A program made the position numbers and the translations under genes. This document shows, piece by piece, positions 36,772-44,940 of a DNA stretch of 64,000 nt (its first letter is position 1; every line of letters begins with the position of its first letter). A model generated the notes under the pieces. It worked only from the letters and a program-made list of their open reading frames with translations. It made no database searches and was not told where the DNA came from. The stretch comes from a bacterium (GTDB taxonomy: Bacteria; Patescibacteriota; Minisyncoccia; Phycocordibacterales; Phycocordibacteraceae), in NCBI GenBank assembly GCA_021849125.1, contig JAJZTG010000001.1, positions 18,392 to 82,391 on the forward strand, given 5' to 3'.

Positions 36772-38232
36772 ATGAACTGGTTCGGGCGCCTATTCGGCAA
36801 GAAAGATACGGACGACGAGACGCCTCGCATCGCGCACGTCTTCTTCACGAACACGCTTACCGAGCGTAAAGAGCTCTTCGTCCCGCAAAAGCCTGGCCTG
36901 GTACTCATGTATTCTTGCGGGCCGACCGTCTACGACCGCGCGCATATCGGCAATCTCCGTGCCTATGTGTTTTCCGATACGATCACACGCGTCCTTGAGG
37001 CAGCCGGCTACCGCGTACGCCGTGTCATCAACATCACCGATGTCGGGCACCTGGTTGGTGACGGTGACCGCGGCGAGGACAAGATCGCAGTCGGCGCAGC
37101 ACGCGAACATACCACGCCAGAAAAAATCGCTGCGCGGTATACGAAGCTCTTCCTCGAAGATATCCGCGACCTCGGCATCGACACTGACGAGATCACCTTC
37201 CCGCATGCGACCGAATACATACAGCAGCAAGTGGCCCTGGCGAAGACCTTGGAGGAGAAAGGGTTCGCGTATCGGCTTCCGGATGGCCTGTATTTCGACA
37301 CTGCGAAGTTCCCGGGCTATGGGAAGCTTGGTGGCGTTAGGGATGCACAGCTCGAAGCCGGTGCGCGCGTCGAAGTCGTAAAAGGTAAGCACCATCCTGC
37401 AGACTTCGTGCTCTGGCGTGGCGCAAAGCCAGGCGATCTCCAGCAGTGGGACAGCCCTTGGGGACGCGGCAACCCGGGCTGGCATATCGAATGCTCGGCG
37501 ATGTCCCGTTCCCTCCTGGGCCAAGAGCTCGATATCCATACGGGCGGCGAAGACCACATCGCCGTACATCACAACAACGAGATCGCGCAGTCCGAAGCGG
37601 CCAACGGACGCACCTTCGTACACTACTGGATGCACTGCGCCTTCCTCACCATGGAGGGACAAAAAGCATCGAAATCGATCGGCAATGTCGTCTACCTCTC
37701 CGACATAAAAGAACGCGACTTCCATCCGCTCACGCTTCGCTACTTCTTCCTGCAGGCGCACTATCGCACTCCCCTCTCCTTCTCGTGGGATGCGCTTGCC
37801 GCGGCAGCAAGCGCGCTTGAGCGCCTCTGGAAACTCGTAAGCGAAGTCGCAGAAGAGTCGAGACGGAAAACCGAACCATCCGAAGCGCTTGACCATTTCC
37901 TCGCGACTGTTCGGGATGACCTGTCGACCCCGCAAGCGCTCGGTATCCTCTGGGAGTCGCTGAAAAGCGAAGACTTCACGCCTGAAGAGAAGTGGGGCCT
38001 TATCGAAGCTGCCGATGCACACCTTGGGCTCTCCCTCATTGCGCCGCCGGTAATACAGGCGACTGTGCCCGAAGCGGACCTCCCCGACACGGTGCGCGAC
38101 GCGCTGAAAAAGCGCGAAGAAGCCCGCTCGGCAAAAGATTTTGCCGAAGCCGACCGCCTCCGCAATGAGATCGAACAAGCCGGCTACAAGGTAGGAGACC
38201 GCCCCGAGGGTCCTCTAGTGACCCGCGTCTAA
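36772..38232 (+). CDS. cysS: Cysteine--tRNA ligase
   Basis: YSCGPTVY..AHIGN, PGWHIECSAM, DIHTGGEDH, KASKS. Confidence 0.97.
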   Translation: MNWFGRLFGKKDTDDETPRIAHVFFTNTLTERKELFVPQKPGLVLMYSCGPTVYDRAHIGNLRAYVFSDTITRVLEAAGYRVRRVINITDVGHLVGDGDRGEDKIAVGAAREHTTPEKIAARYTKLFLEDIRDLGIDTDEITFPHATEYIQQQVALAKTLEEKGFAYRLPDGLYFDTAKFPGYGKLGGVRDAQLEAGARVEVVKGKHHPADFVLWRGAKPGDLQQWDSPWGRGNPGWHIECSAMSRSLLGQELDIHTGGEDHIAVHHNNEIAQSEAANGRTFVHYWMHCAFLTMEGQKASKSIGNVVYLSDIKERDFHPLTLRYFFLQAHYRTPLSFSWDALAAAASALERLWKLVSEVAEESRRKTEPSEALDHFLATVRDDLSTPQALGILWESLKSEDFTPEEKWGLIEAADAHLGLSLIAPPVIQATVPEADLPDTVRDALKKREEARSAKDFAEADRLRNEIEQAGYKVGDRPEGPLVTRV

Positions 38233-38331
38233 CCCGAAAAGGCCGGTCTCCTGGCCGACCTGTTTTGCACAGGAAAACCACAGTTTTGGCACTTTCGGCA
38301 AGTTGCGCCCCTTGGGGTACAATGAGTCCTA

Positions 38332-39693
38332 ATGGCAACAGGCGTAGACCGTATCCCCCCTCAATCCCTCGAGTCCGAGCAGGCCCTCCTCGGCGCCCTC
38401 CTCCTCAAACCTGACGCGATCCATGACGTCTCCGATCTCATTCGTGCCGATTCCTTTTACGCTGAAAAACATCGCCTCATCTTTACCGCGATGCGTGAGC
38501 TTGCCGAACGCGGCGAACCGATCGATCTCGTCTCCCTCTCGCAGCGTCTCCAAGACCAGGGGCTCATCGAACGCGCGGGAGGCAGAAGCTATCTCGCTGA
38601 TCTGGTAAATTCGGCACCGGCTGCCGGCAACTTCTCCCATTACGCCGACCTCGTCTCTCGCAAGCATCTGATGCGCTCGCTCATCGATGCTGCAAGCACG
38701 ATCACGGAATCCGCCTACGACGACTCGCGCGAGACCATGGAGGTGCTCGATGAAGCGGAAAAAGCGGTGTACGCGATCGGTAACGCCTCGGTCGCGCATA
38801 AGTTCACGGCGATCGGCGACAAGGTGCACGAAGCGTGGGATCGTCTTGAAGCCCTTTCCAAGAAAGAAGACGGCATTCGCGGCGTCCCTTCGGGCTTCCC
38901 TTCTCTCGACAATCTGCTCTCAGGCTTTCATCCCTCCGATCTCGTGATCCTTGCCGCGCGCCCCTCGATGGGTAAGACTTCGCTCGCGCTTGATATCGCC
39001 CGTAATGCCGCCGTTCGCCATAATGTCCCGGTCGGCATCTTCTCGCTCGAGATGAGCTCCGAACAGCTCATCGACCGCATGCTCGCCGCCGAGTCTTTCG
39101 TGAACTCCTGGAAGCTCCGTACGGGCCAGGTGCGCGAGGAAGAAGACTTCGCCCGTATCCGTGATGCGCTCGAGACCCTTTCGAAGGCCCCTATCTATAT
39201 CGATGACAAGCCGGGCAACAATATCCTCGCGATGCGCGCCGTCGCACGCCGCTTGAAGCGCGAGCGCGGTATCGGCCTTATCGTCGTCGACTACCTGCAG
39301 CTCATGGCACCGACCAATACGAAAGCGTCTGACTCGGTGGTGCAGCAGGTGACCGAAATCTCCCGCTCCTTGAAAGGGCTCGCGCGCGAGCTTGAAGTGC
39401 CGGTTATCGCCCTCTCCCAGCTCTCGCGTGCAGTCGAGCAGCGCGGCGGCCGTCCCCGCCTTTCCGATCTGCGTGACTCGGGCTCCATCGAGCAGGATGC
39501 CGACGTCGTGATGTTCATCCACCGTGAAGACAAGCGGAACCCGGATAGCGATCGTCCGAACATCGCCGAGATCCTCATCGAGAAACATCGTAACGGCCCT
39601 ACCGGTTCCGCCGAACTCTACTTCGATGACAAGCGTTCTACCTTCCAGCCCATCGACACGCACGGCTACGGCGAACTTGCCGGGGAATTTTAA
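38332..39693 (+). CDS. dnaB: Replicative DNA helicase
   Basis: AARPSMGKT, FSLEMS, VDYLQLM, SQLSR, DLRDSGSIEQDAD, KHRNGPTG. Confidence 0.98.
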   Translation: MATGVDRIPPQSLESEQALLGALLLKPDAIHDVSDLIRADSFYAEKHRLIFTAMRELAERGEPIDLVSLSQRLQDQGLIERAGGRSYLADLVNSAPAAGNFSHYADLVSRKHLMRSLIDAASTITESAYDDSRETMEVLDEAEKAVYAIGNASVAHKFTAIGDKVHEAWDRLEALSKKEDGIRGVPSGFPSLDNLLSGFHPSDLVILAARPSMGKTSLALDIARNAAVRHNVPVGIFSLEMSSEQLIDRMLAAESFVNSWKLRTGQVREEEDFARIRDALETLSKAPIYIDDKPGNNILAMRAVARRLKRERGIGLIVVDYLQLMAPTNTKASDSVVQQVTEISRSLKGLARELEVPVIALSQLSRAVEQRGGRPRLSDLRDSGSIEQDADVVMFIHREDKRNPDSDRPNIAEILIEKHRNGPTGSAELYFDDKRSTFQPIDTHGYGELAGEF

Positions 39694-39695
39694 AC

Positions 39696-40298
39696 ATGGA
39701 TTCCATCGACGAGCTCGCACGCGCTTTTGCCCGTTTCCCCGGCATCGGCCCGCGCCAGGCAAAACGTTTCGTCTACCATCTTCTTGCGATACCCGCTGCC
39801 GAGCGCGCAGCGCTCGCTGAACGCGTTACTGCGCTTAACGCGAACGTGCATCAGTGTCCCGCTTGCCTCCGTTTCCATACTCAGAATACGAAAGGAGTCT
39901 GCCGATACTGTTCCGATACGACGCGTGATGATGCGCTCCTCATGCTCGTCGAAAAAGATCAGGACCTCTCCGCCGTGGAGCGCGCTGGGACCTATAAGGG
40001 CCGTTATTTCGTCCTGGGCGGCGTACTGACGCTTTCAGGAAAAGGCGCGATCCGCGAAAAGGAACTCCTGAATACTCTTCAAGGACGTCTTGATAAGGGC
40101 CTTAAAGAGATCGTCCTCGCCCTTTCAGCGACCTCCGAAGGCGAACACACTGCCGACCATGTCCGCGAACTCCTTGCTCCGTATCGCGACCAGCTCACGA
40201 TCTCGCTCCTTGGCCGCGGCCTCGCGACCGGTTCCGAGCTCGAATATTCCGACGCCGAGACCTTGCGCGCGGCGCTTTCAAATCGTAAAGAAGCATGA
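39696..40298 (+). CDS. recR: Recombination protein RecR
   Basis: FPGIGPRQAKR, C4 zinc finger, TOPRIM domain, GSELEYSD. Confidence 0.95.
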   Translation: MDSIDELARAFARFPGIGPRQAKRFVYHLLAIPAAERAALAERVTALNANVHQCPACLRFHTQNTKGVCRYCSDTTRDDALLMLVEKDQDLSAVERAGTYKGRYFVLGGVLTLSGKGAIREKELLNTLQGRLDKGLKEIVLALSATSEGEHTADHVRELLAPYRDQLTISLLGRGLATGSELEYSDAETLRAALSNRKEA

Positions 40299-40302
40299 GC
40301 CA

Positions 40303-40341
40303 AAAACTAAAAACCGCTCTCGACGAGCGGCTTTTAGTTTT
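40303..40341. terminator. Bidirectional terminator between recR and the helicase
   Basis: aaaactaaaaaccgctc..gagcggcttttagtttt. Confidence 0.75.
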
Positions 40342-40349
40342 ACTCCCGT

Positions 40350-41672
40350 TTATCCCTCGATAAAGGTGAGCGCCTTGCCTTTGTGGATACCACGACCGGT
40401 ACGGCCGATACGGTGAACATAATCCTCGTAAGTCGACGGCAGGTCGTAGTTCACCACGTGCGAGACTTCCGGGATATCGAGACCGCGTGCCGCGACATCG
40501 GTAGCGACGAGCACCGTTACGCTTCCCCGCTTGAAAGCTTCAAGGGCGCGAAGGCGTGCGCCGTGCGTCTTATCGCCATGGATGGATTCCGCGTGGATGT
40601 GACGGCGCGAGAGGGCTTTCGAGAGCTTCTCCACGCCGTACTTGGTGCGGCCGAAGACGAGCACGCGACTGAAATCGCGGTCCTGGAGCATCTCTGCGAG
40701 CACCTCGAACTTGTCGGTGCCGCGCGGGACACGGACGACATCCTGATCGACATTCTTCGAGGTGTCGCGGGTGCGCACCGAGATGACCGTCGGGCTCTCG
40801 AGGAAATCGCCGATAAGGCCCTCGATCTCGCGGCTCATGGTCGCCGAGAAGAAGAGCGTATGACGCTCCTTGCGCATCTTAGCGAGGATGAAGCGCATGT
40901 CATCGATGAAGCCCATGTCGAGCATGCGATCTGCTTCGTCGAGCACGACCGTGCCGAAGGTCGAAAGGTTGAGTGCCTTGCGCTCCATGAGATCCTTCAA
41001 GCGTCCCGGAGTACCGATCACGAAGGTCGGGTTATGGCGGAGCGCCGCGATCTGCGGCGTGATGTTCGCGCCGCCGACAGCGACCATGCCGCTAAACCCG
41101 AGACCCTTAGCAAAACCAGCGAGCTCCTTCTCGATCTGTACGGCGAGCTCACGCGTCGGAGCCATGACGAGTACGCGCTCATCCTTCTGCTTCATCACCT
41201 TGTCGATGAGCGGAATGAGGAAAGCGGCCGTCTTGCCCGTACCAGTCTCCGCGAGACCGACGACATCCTGCCCGTGCAGCACGTGCGGGATCGCCTTGTC
41301 CTGGATCGGCGTCGGGAGCTCGTAGCCCTTTGCTACGATATTCGCCTTGAGGCGCGGATTGATGTCGAAATCGGTGAACTTATGCTCCGGTACGAAAACC
41401 GGTTCTTCGGTGGTGACCACCGCTCGATTCACGAACTTAGCGATTTCGGCTTCGGTCTGACCGAATGCGCCGACACCGCCCCTGCCGCGACCGCGTCCTC
41501 CTCGAGGACCGAAGTTACGGCCACCGCGTGCCGGTCGTCCGGCTGCGGCAAAATCGCTCGGCGAGAACGAGCGGCTTCGACTGCCACGGTGCGTTGAACC
41601 CTCACGCGAACCGCGCGAAGATTTATTGGCACCTGATGTGCCGCCCTGATGATTCCATCTCCCTATTTGCAT
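40350..41672 (-). CDS. DEAD-box RNA helicase with an RGG-rich N-terminal tail
   Basis: Q motif PTPIQ, AETGTGKT, PTRELA, DEAD, SAT, HRIGRTGR. Confidence 0.96.
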   Translation of the reverse strand: MQIGRWNHQGGTSGANKSSRGSREGSTHRGSRSRSFSPSDFAAAGRPARGGRNFGPRGGRGRGRGGVGAFGQTEAEIAKFVNRAVVTTEEPVFVPEHKFTDFDINPRLKANIVAKGYELPTPIQDKAIPHVLHGQDVVGLAETGTGKTAAFLIPLIDKVMKQKDERVLVMAPTRELAVQIEKELAGFAKGLGFSGMVAVGGANITPQIAALRHNPTFVIGTPGRLKDLMERKALNLSTFGTVVLDEADRMLDMGFIDDMRFILAKMRKERHTLFFSATMSREIEGLIGDFLESPTVISVRTRDTSKNVDQDVVRVPRGTDKFEVLAEMLQDRDFSRVLVFGRTKYGVEKLSKALSRRHIHAESIHGDKTHGARLRALEAFKRGSVTVLVATDVAARGLDIPEVSHVVNYDLPSTYEDYVHRIGRTGRGIHKGKALTFIEG

Positions 41673-41751
41673 ATAATGTAAAAGCTACGCTTGATAAAAG
41701 CTTGAGATCAGCGAACGCGTATGAGAAAAGCGCTTTCGCGCTCGGGGTCGC

Positions 41752-42069
41752 TTAAGCGATCGAATCGATCGTGACCTTTACGAGCGGCTGGCGGTGGCCG
41801 ACGCGCTTGAAATAGCGGCTCTTCGGCTTGTACTTCACCACCTCGACTTTCGGAGCTTTCCCGACGAGAACGACGGTGCCTTTGACCTCTGCACCCTTGA
41901 TAGTAGGTGCACCGATGGTCGTGTCCGAGCCGTTGTCTACGAGTAGCACCTCGTCGAAGACAACCGTGTCGCCCTTCTGTACGTCGCCGGGGAGTTTCTC
42001 AATGGTAACGGTATCGCCCTTGGAGACGACATACTGCTTACCGCCGGTCTTGATTACGGCCACTTCCAT
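41752..42069 (-). CDS. rplU: 50S ribosomal protein L21
   Basis: AVIKTGGKQY...GHRQP. Confidence 0.96.
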   Translation of the reverse strand: MEVAVIKTGGKQYVVSKGDTVTIEKLPGDVQKGDTVVFDEVLLVDNGSDTTIGAPTIKGAEVKGTVVLVGKAPKVEVVKYKPKSRYFKRVGHRQPLVKVTIDSIA

Positions 42070-42141
42070 AGTTCCCACACTCTAGCATTTGGGCCCTAAA
42101 AAGACAAGGCCGCGCAAAGCGCGGCCTTGAGGGCTAAAGGA

Positions 42142-42693
42142 TCAGTTTCGAACCGGAACAGGCACAAGTGCGCTTTCTCCGGCTGGTTTCAGCGCATCGT
42201 TGAGCCACCAAAGCGCCCTTTCATACCACTGGCGCATTTTACTCTTGTCTGGAGGACGGGGGATACACGCTGCGACATAGATATAGAGAATCATGATAGC
42301 TCCTTGTGCGGATATGCAGAATGATCCATCTAAACCCTCGCTGCCAAGAACCAAAAAGATGAAGAAAATGGACATATTGATAAGGACGGGTCCCTTCCGC
42401 TTTTCCGGATCAAGGAGTTTCTCGGGCTCGAGAGCACTCGACCCTTTCAAGAATTGCTCCTCTCTCTTTTCTAGTTGAAAAACGACAAGTGTACTTACGA
42501 ACGTCATATAGAGAGCGACCACGAAGTAAGCTACCGGTTCTCCTCCCACAACCACAAGAAGCCAGGATAAGATCATCTCAAAGATAATGAGCCATTTCTG
42601 CACCCAGAACTTTGTGAGTCCGGTCAACCACTGAAAGCGGTCAGTAAACTTCTGCGCCTTATTGAGCAAGAATGTGTCGATGTATGAGAGCAT
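42142..42693 (-). CDS. Membrane protein, unknown function (insertion)
   Basis: 4 hydrophobic segments; SD GGAAAGGGG. Confidence 0.6.
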   Translation of the reverse strand: MLSYIDTFLLNKAQKFTDRFQWLTGLTKFWVQKWLIIFEMILSWLLVVVGGEPVAYFVVALYMTFVSTLVVFQLEKREEQFLKGSSALEPEKLLDPEKRKGPVLINMSIFFIFLVLGSEGLDGSFCISAQGAIMILYIYVAACIPRPPDKSKMRQWYERALWWLNDALKPAGESALVPVPVRN

Positions 42694-42831
42694 GACCTGC
42701 CCCTTTCCAAAGTTCGTTAATCGGAAATCTAAAAGATAATATGCCGTTATTAAGCTAATTTGTCAAAATTTCCTTAGATCCTTGCCAAAAACAAAAGCCG
42801 CGCAAAGCGCGGCTTTTTTAACAAAAGCGTC

Positions 42832-43035
42832 TTAACCGGTTGCCGTGTGCGGGATTGTCGCCCACAGGTGCCCCGCCAAAATAACAAAGATGATGAGGGT
42901 CACCGCATCTACCCTGATGAGGATATCGGAAAGCGATTTCCGTTTCTTCTCAGTGAGGCACGCACAAACCATGCCCACGATGGTAAGTAGAGCCATGAGC
43001 CCGAAAACGATGATTTCTATCAAACGCGCGTCCAT
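42832..43035 (-). CDS. Small two-TM protein
   Basis: 67 aa; SD ACAAGGAG. Confidence 0.55.
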   Translation of the reverse strand: MDARLIEIIVFGLMALLTIVGMVCACLTEKKRKSLSDILIRVDAVTLIIFVILAGHLWATIPHTATG

Positions 43036-43100
43036 CCTGGTCTCCTTGTCATGAGCCTCAACAGGACCCTTCTGCGTATAGGAAACCCTGCCGTGGACGT

Positions 43101-44147
43101 TTAGTCAATAGCCGGCTTGTCGAGTAACTCCGGCTCAAAACCGATCTTGGTCTCGGCGATGCGGTAGACGTCCTTATCGATCTTGCCGAGCTCCTTGTAG
43201 GCGCTGTTGTAGTGAGAGACGGTCGTGCCGAGAGAGACGCCGAGCTTCCGATAGAACTCCTCGTACGCACCCAAGTGTTTGCCGAGCTCGCCCACGCGCT
43301 TCTGGATGTCTTCCGCTCGCTTCTCGATCTGCATCGCCTTCAGGCCCTGCATGACTGTCTGGAGGTACGCAAGGAACGAGGTCGGCGAGACGATGATGAC
43401 CTTGTACTTCCCTGCTGCCCGCTGGATGAGATTCTCTTCTTCTCCGCCACCGACCTGGTTCGTGAGGAGATCGTAGTAGATCGCTTCGCTCGGGATGAAC
43501 ATGAAGGCGAAGTCCATGGTCTTCTCCTCGGGACGGATATATTTTGCGGTCTCCTGGATACGCAGCTTCAGATCCGCGACGAACGCCTTCTCAAGCGAGG
43601 CACGCTCGGTCTCTGGCGCGTTCACGAGACGGTTATAGTTCTCAAGCGAGAACTTGGAGTCGATGGGGACGACCTTATCGCTCACGAAGACGGCTGCGTC
43701 GACAATCTCGCCATTATCGAAACCGTACTGCATCTGGTACATGCCGGGCGGGAGCACGTTCTTAAGCACCGTCTCGAGGTAGTACTCGCCAAGGATGCCG
43801 CGCTGCTTCGGATTCTTCAGGATGTCCTGCAAACCCTTGAGCTGCTCTGCAAAGCCTTGGGTCTGTCGGCCGATCTCCTTTACCGACGTGACTTCCTCGG
43901 TGATCTCCTTGATGAGGCGCGTGCTCTCGGAGAACTGACGGTGCGCGTGCTCCTGCATCGCTTTGGAAGACTCGGAGACGCGCGCGTCGAGCGTCCGCTC
44001 GAGGTTCTGGAGCTGCTGCTGAAGAAGGAGGATGCCACCGTCTTCTTTCGGGGTCTCTTCCTCGCGGCGGCGCAAGATAAAGTAGAGTCCGACGCCCTGG
44101 AGAAGCAGAAGCAAGAGTACGATAAGAGCGACCGTGAGAAGATTCAT
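43101..44147 (-). CDS. rmuC: DNA recombination protein RmuC
   Basis: NPKQRGILGE, IDSKFSLENY, KYIRP..TMDFAFMFIPSEAIY, VSPTSF. Confidence 0.93.
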   Translation of the reverse strand: MNLLTVALIVLLLLLLQGVGLYFILRRREEETPKEDGGILLLQQQLQNLERTLDARVSESSKAMQEHAHRQFSESTRLIKEITEEVTSVKEIGRQTQGFAEQLKGLQDILKNPKQRGILGEYYLETVLKNVLPPGMYQMQYGFDNGEIVDAAVFVSDKVVPIDSKFSLENYNRLVNAPETERASLEKAFVADLKLRIQETAKYIRPEEKTMDFAFMFIPSEAIYYDLLTNQVGGGEEENLIQRAAGKYKVIIVSPTSFLAYLQTVMQGLKAMQIEKRAEDIQKRVGELGKHLGAYEEFYRKLGVSLGTTVSHYNSAYKELGKIDKDVYRIAETKIGFEPELLDKPAID

Positions 44148-44168
44148 GAGTGTAGTATACTGCACCAT

Positions 44169-44624
44169 ATGCCCATCCACGAAACCCTGAAGAAAGCCAT
44201 CCCTGACGCCATGCGTGCCAAGGACGAAGTGAAGCTCCGCACCCTCCGCTCGCTCGTAACCGCGATGACCAACGAAGTCGTAGCCAAGAAAAGGAAGCCC
44301 GATGAGTTTCTTACCGACGAGGAGGCACTCGCGGTCCTGAAGCGCGCCGCAAGCCAGCGCAAGGACTCGATCGAGCAGTTTGAGAAGGCTGGCCGCACCG
44401 ATCTAGCTGAACCGGAAAAAGCTGAGCTCGCCATCATCGAGACCTACCTCCCCGCCATGATGAGCCAGGAGGAAATCCTTCCAATCGCCAAGGCGAAAAT
44501 GGCCGAACTCGGCGTAACCAGTAAGTCTGAAGCGGGTAAATTTACCGGGATGCTCATGAAAGAGCTCAAAGGCAAGGCCGACGGCGCCGACGTGAAAGCC
44601 ATTGTGGATAGCTTGCTTTCTTAA
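44169..44624 (+). CDS. GatB/YqeY domain protein
   Basis: AMRAKD..KLRTLR...QRKDSIEQF..AGR.DL...ETYLP...KGKADG; start ATG 44169. Confidence 0.92.
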   Translation: MPIHETLKKAIPDAMRAKDEVKLRTLRSLVTAMTNEVVAKKRKPDEFLTDEEALAVLKRAASQRKDSIEQFEKAGRTDLAEPEKAELAIIETYLPAMMSQEEILPIAKAKMAELGVTSKSEAGKFTGMLMKELKGKADGADVKAIVDSLLS

Positions 44625-44653
44625 ACGGAACAAGGTCTAATATATTACAGACT

Positions 44654-44905
44654 ATGAGTATGGAGGGTCCAAAAATGTCGGTAGATCCTAAGAAAGTAGC
44701 GATTGACGCGGAGTATCAAGCAGCCCTGGCGAAACTGAGCGCTACCCACGATCGAAAGATGGCTGAAGGTGCCGCTAACCAAAAAAAATCGACTGTCCTT
44801 GAAGACGCAAAGAAACCAGCACCGAAACTGTCTCGACAAGCAGTGGACGCTCGAGGACATGCAAGACATATAGAAATGAGCCAACCTCCCGGCGACAGAG
44901 ACTAG
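44654..44905 (+). CDS. Small hypothetical protein
   Basis: 83-aa ORF followed by a hairpin at about 44909-44940. Confidence 0.45.
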   Translation: MSMEGPKMSVDPKKVAIDAEYQAALAKLSATHDRKMAEGAANQKKSTVLEDAKKPAPKLSRQAVDARGHARHIEMSQPPGDRD

Positions 44906-44940
44906 AAAATAAATGGAGCTTCACCGGCTCCATTTTTCTT

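Noticed and set aside
36790-41597. Long opposite-strand ORFs over cysS, dnaB and the DEAD-box helicase
   Set aside because: Shadow ORFs expected from GC-rich codon bias; no motifs.
43212-44168. Long N-terminal extension on the YqeY ORF (470 aa in the track)
   Set aside because: It overlaps rmuC in antisense; the recognisable domain starts at ATG 44169.
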